Notes under the pieces: model-generated | What the model was told of the DNA's origin: nothing | Databases searched by the model: none | Seen by the model: the letters and a program-made list of their open reading frames with translations, nothing else | Assembly: GCF_003334765.1 (NCBI RefSeq) | Contig: NZ_QOWT01000101.1 | Reading direction: 5' to 3' (one strand) | Source: Escherichia coli | Lineage (GTDB): Bacteria; Pseudomonadota; Gammaproteobacteria; Enterobacterales; Enterobacteriaceae | Length of the DNA: 769 nucleotides | Shown here: piece by piece, positions 1 to 769 of the stretch | Position numbering within the stretch: the first letter of the stretch is position 1 | Layout: every line of letters begins with the position of its first letter | Translations under genes and position numbers: made by a program

Positions 1-1
1 A

Positions 2-24
2 GGTGATGCTGCCAACTTACTGAT
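2..24 (+). repeat. IS1 left terminal inverted repeat (IRL)
   Basis: Sequence ggtgatgctgccaacttactgat. The reverse complement of 747..769 is ggtaatgactccaacttattgat, matching at 18 of 23 positions (mismatches at IR positions 4, 8, 9, 10, 19). Confidence 0.9.
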
Positions 25-25
25 T
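12..25 (-). promoter_or_regulatory. IHF-binding consensus-like site in the left end of IS1 (minus strand)
   Basis: The reverse complement of 12..25 reads aatcagtaagttgg, i.e. WATCAGnnnnTTR, with one mismatch to the IHF consensus. It is positioned symmetrically to the right-end site. Confidence 0.5.
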
Positions 26-30
26 TAGTG

Positions 31-36
31 TATGAT
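31..36 (+). promoter_or_regulatory. Candidate -10 hexamer (TATGAT) of the insA promoter, just inside the left end
   Basis: tatgat at 31..36 (5/6 match to TATAAT), about 20 nt upstream of the GTG start. The best -35 candidate, ctgcca at 9..14 (4/6 to TTGACA, 16 bp spacer), lies inside IRL. This agrees with the known placement of the IS1 promoter in IRL, where InsA binds and autorepresses. The exact hexamers are my inference. Confidence 0.5.
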
Positions 37-45
37 GGTGTTTTT

Positions 46-49
46 GAGG
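46..49 (+). promoter_or_regulatory. Shine-Dalgarno-like motif for insA
   Basis: GAGG at 46..49, 7 nt upstream of GTG 57. Confidence 0.5.
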
Positions 50-56
50 TGCTCCA

Positions 57-332
57 GTGGCTTCTGTTTCTATCAGCTGTCCCTCCTGTTCAGCTACTGA
101 CGGGGTGGTGCGTAACGGCAAAAGCACCGCCGGACATCAGCGCTATCTCTGCTCTCACTGCCGTAAAACATGGCAACTGCAGTTCACTTACACCGCTTCT
201 CAACCCGGTACGCACCAGAAAATCATTGATATGGCCATGAATGGCGTTGGATGCCGGGCAACTGCCCGCATTATGGGCGTTGGCCTCAACACGATTTTAC
301 GTCACTTAAAAAACTCAGGCCGCAGTCGGTAA
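57..332 (+). CDS. insA: InsA, the IS1 DNA-binding protein and transcriptional repressor (91 aa), with GTG start
   Basis: ORF of 91 aa ([18 protein letters not shown]...[11 protein letters not shown]) starting at GTG 57 and ending at TAA 330..332. A GAGG Shine-Dalgarno-like motif at 46..49 sits 7 nt upstream of the start. The N-terminus has a C-x2-C...C-x2-C cysteine motif (codons at 78..89 and 150..161) and a C-terminal helix-turn-helix-like segment. The protein matches IS1 InsA from memory. Confidence 0.95.
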
Positions 333-754
333 CCTCGCGCATACAGCCGGGCAGTGACGTCATCGTCTGCGCGGAAATGGACGAACAGTGGGGCTATGTC
401 GGGGCTAAATCGCGCCAGCGCTGGCTGTTTTACGCGTATGACAGTCTCCGGAAGACGGTTGTTGCGCACGTATTCGGTGAACGCACTATGGCGACGCTGG
501 GGCGTCTTATGAGCCTGCTGTCACCCTTTGACGTGGTGATATGGATGACGGATGACTGGCCGCTGTATGAATCCCGCCTGAAGGGAAAGCTGCACGTAAT
601 CAGCAAGCGATATACGCAGCGAATTGAGCGGCATAACCTGAATCTGAGGCAGCACCTGGCACGGCTGGGACGGAAGTCGCTGTCGTTCTCAAAATCGGTG
701 GAGCTGCATGACAAAGTCATCGGGCATTATCTGAACATAAAACACTATCAATAA
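57..754 (+). CDS. insAB: InsAB' transposase made by programmed -1 ribosomal frameshift (insA codons 1-85, 57..311, then the B' frame 311..751; predicted 232 aa)
   Basis: An A6C motif at 308..314 sits in the insA/insB overlap. In the insA frame the codons are tta-aaa-aac; slipping the Lys codon 309..311 back by one base to 308..310 continues as aaa(311..313)-ctc-agg-ccg-cag = K-L-R-P-Q, which joins the InsB sequence. The arithmetic gives 85 + 147 = 232 aa, consistent with the known IS1 frameshift mechanism. Confidence 0.85.
251..754 (+). CDS. insB: InsB / B' frame of the IS1 transposase (167 aa counted from ATG 251); mainly expressed as the C-terminal part of the InsAB' fusion
   Basis: ORF in the -1 frame relative to insA, running from ATG 251 to TAA 752..754. 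The frame is open from 230 (upstream in-frame stop TGA at 227..229). The translation ([25 protein letters not shown]...HYLNIKHYQ) matches IS1 InsB as recalled, except Asp at residue 102 where I recall Gly. Confidence 0.9.
308..314 (+). other. A6C slippery heptamer (AAAAAAC), the programmed -1 frameshift site
   Basis: Sequence aaaaaac at 308..314, 16 nt upstream of the insA stop codon (330..332) and inside the insA/insB' overlap. The frame relationship between insA (phase 0) and insB (phase -1) is exactly as required. Confidence 0.9.
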
Positions 755-758
755 GTTG
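746..758 (+). promoter_or_regulatory. IHF-binding consensus in the right end of IS1
   Basis: tatcaataagttg at 746..758 matches the IHF consensus WATCAAnnnnTTR at every specified position. IHF binding to IS1 ends is described in the literature (recalled, not verified). Confidence 0.6.
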
Positions 759-769
759 GAGTCATTACC
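747..769 (-). repeat. IS1 right terminal inverted repeat (IRR)
   Basis: Inverted-repeat partner of 2..24 (18/23 identity). It overlaps the insB stop codon (752..754), as in IS1. Confidence 0.9.

Larger units (their letters stand above)
2..769 (+). mobile_element. Complete IS1-family insertion sequence (768 bp), apparently intact
   Basis: Seen in sequence: 768 bp unit bounded by imperfect ~23 bp inverted repeats (2..24 and 747..769, 18/23 matching when the right end is reverse-complemented). It contains overlapping insA and insB frames joined by an A6C slippery motif, and the insB stop codon lies inside the right inverted repeat. This architecture and the protein sequences match IS1 as I recall it (established knowledge; not verified by search). 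Confidence 0.96.

Noticed and set aside
1-1. Attempt to identify a target-site duplication flanking the element
   Set aside because: Only one flanking base is present on the left and none on the right, so no 8-9 bp direct repeat can be detected or excluded.
28-240. 70-aa ORF on the + strand (GTG start) overlapping insA in a different frame
   Set aside because: It lies entirely within the start of the element and the insA coding region, in another phase. It has no recognisable ribosome-binding site, its translation is low-complexity with no recognisable motif, and it does not match any known IS1 product. Most likely a chance open frame.
251-253. ATG at 251 as a real independent translation start for a free-standing InsB protein
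   Set aside because: This ATG has no convincing Shine-Dalgarno motif upstream and sits inside the insA coding region. In IS1 the B' frame is mainly accessed by frameshifting from insA. The ORF coordinates are kept as a feature, but independent initiation at 251 is not asserted.
430-720. 96-aa ORF on the minus strand, antisense to insB
   Set aside because: It is fully embedded antisense within the insB coding sequence, with a Cys/Arg/Ser-rich translation typical of the reverse strand of a coding region. No promoter or ribosome-binding signal is evident, and no antisense protein is a recognised IS1 product. Treated as a spurious ORF.
1-769. Possibility that the window hides a novel or undescribed biological system (defence system, toxin-antitoxin, unusual RNA, CRISPR)
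   Set aside because: Essentially every base is accounted for by the IS1 element: ends, promoter, insA, frameshift site and insB. There are no direct-repeat arrays, no tRNA/rRNA-like structure, and no unexplained conserved-looking ORF. The element is well known, so claiming novelty would be unsupported.

Overview
The window is almost exactly one complete copy of the insertion sequence IS1 (768 bp, positions 2..769); only base 1 is flanking DNA. It carries the imperfect ~23 bp terminal inverted repeats, insA (57..332), the overlapping insB/B' frame (to the stop at 752..754), and the A6C programmed -1 frameshift motif (308..314) that fuses them into the InsAB' transposase. Both translated ORFs match the InsA (91 aa) and InsB (167 aa) proteins as I recall them, with one possible difference (Asp instead of Gly at InsB residue 102). 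I see no evidence of a novel or undescribed system: every structured signal here is explained by IS1 biology. Because the window ends at the element boundaries, the insertion context and target-site duplication cannot be assessed. All calls are from reading the sequence and memory of the IS1 family; no database search was run.
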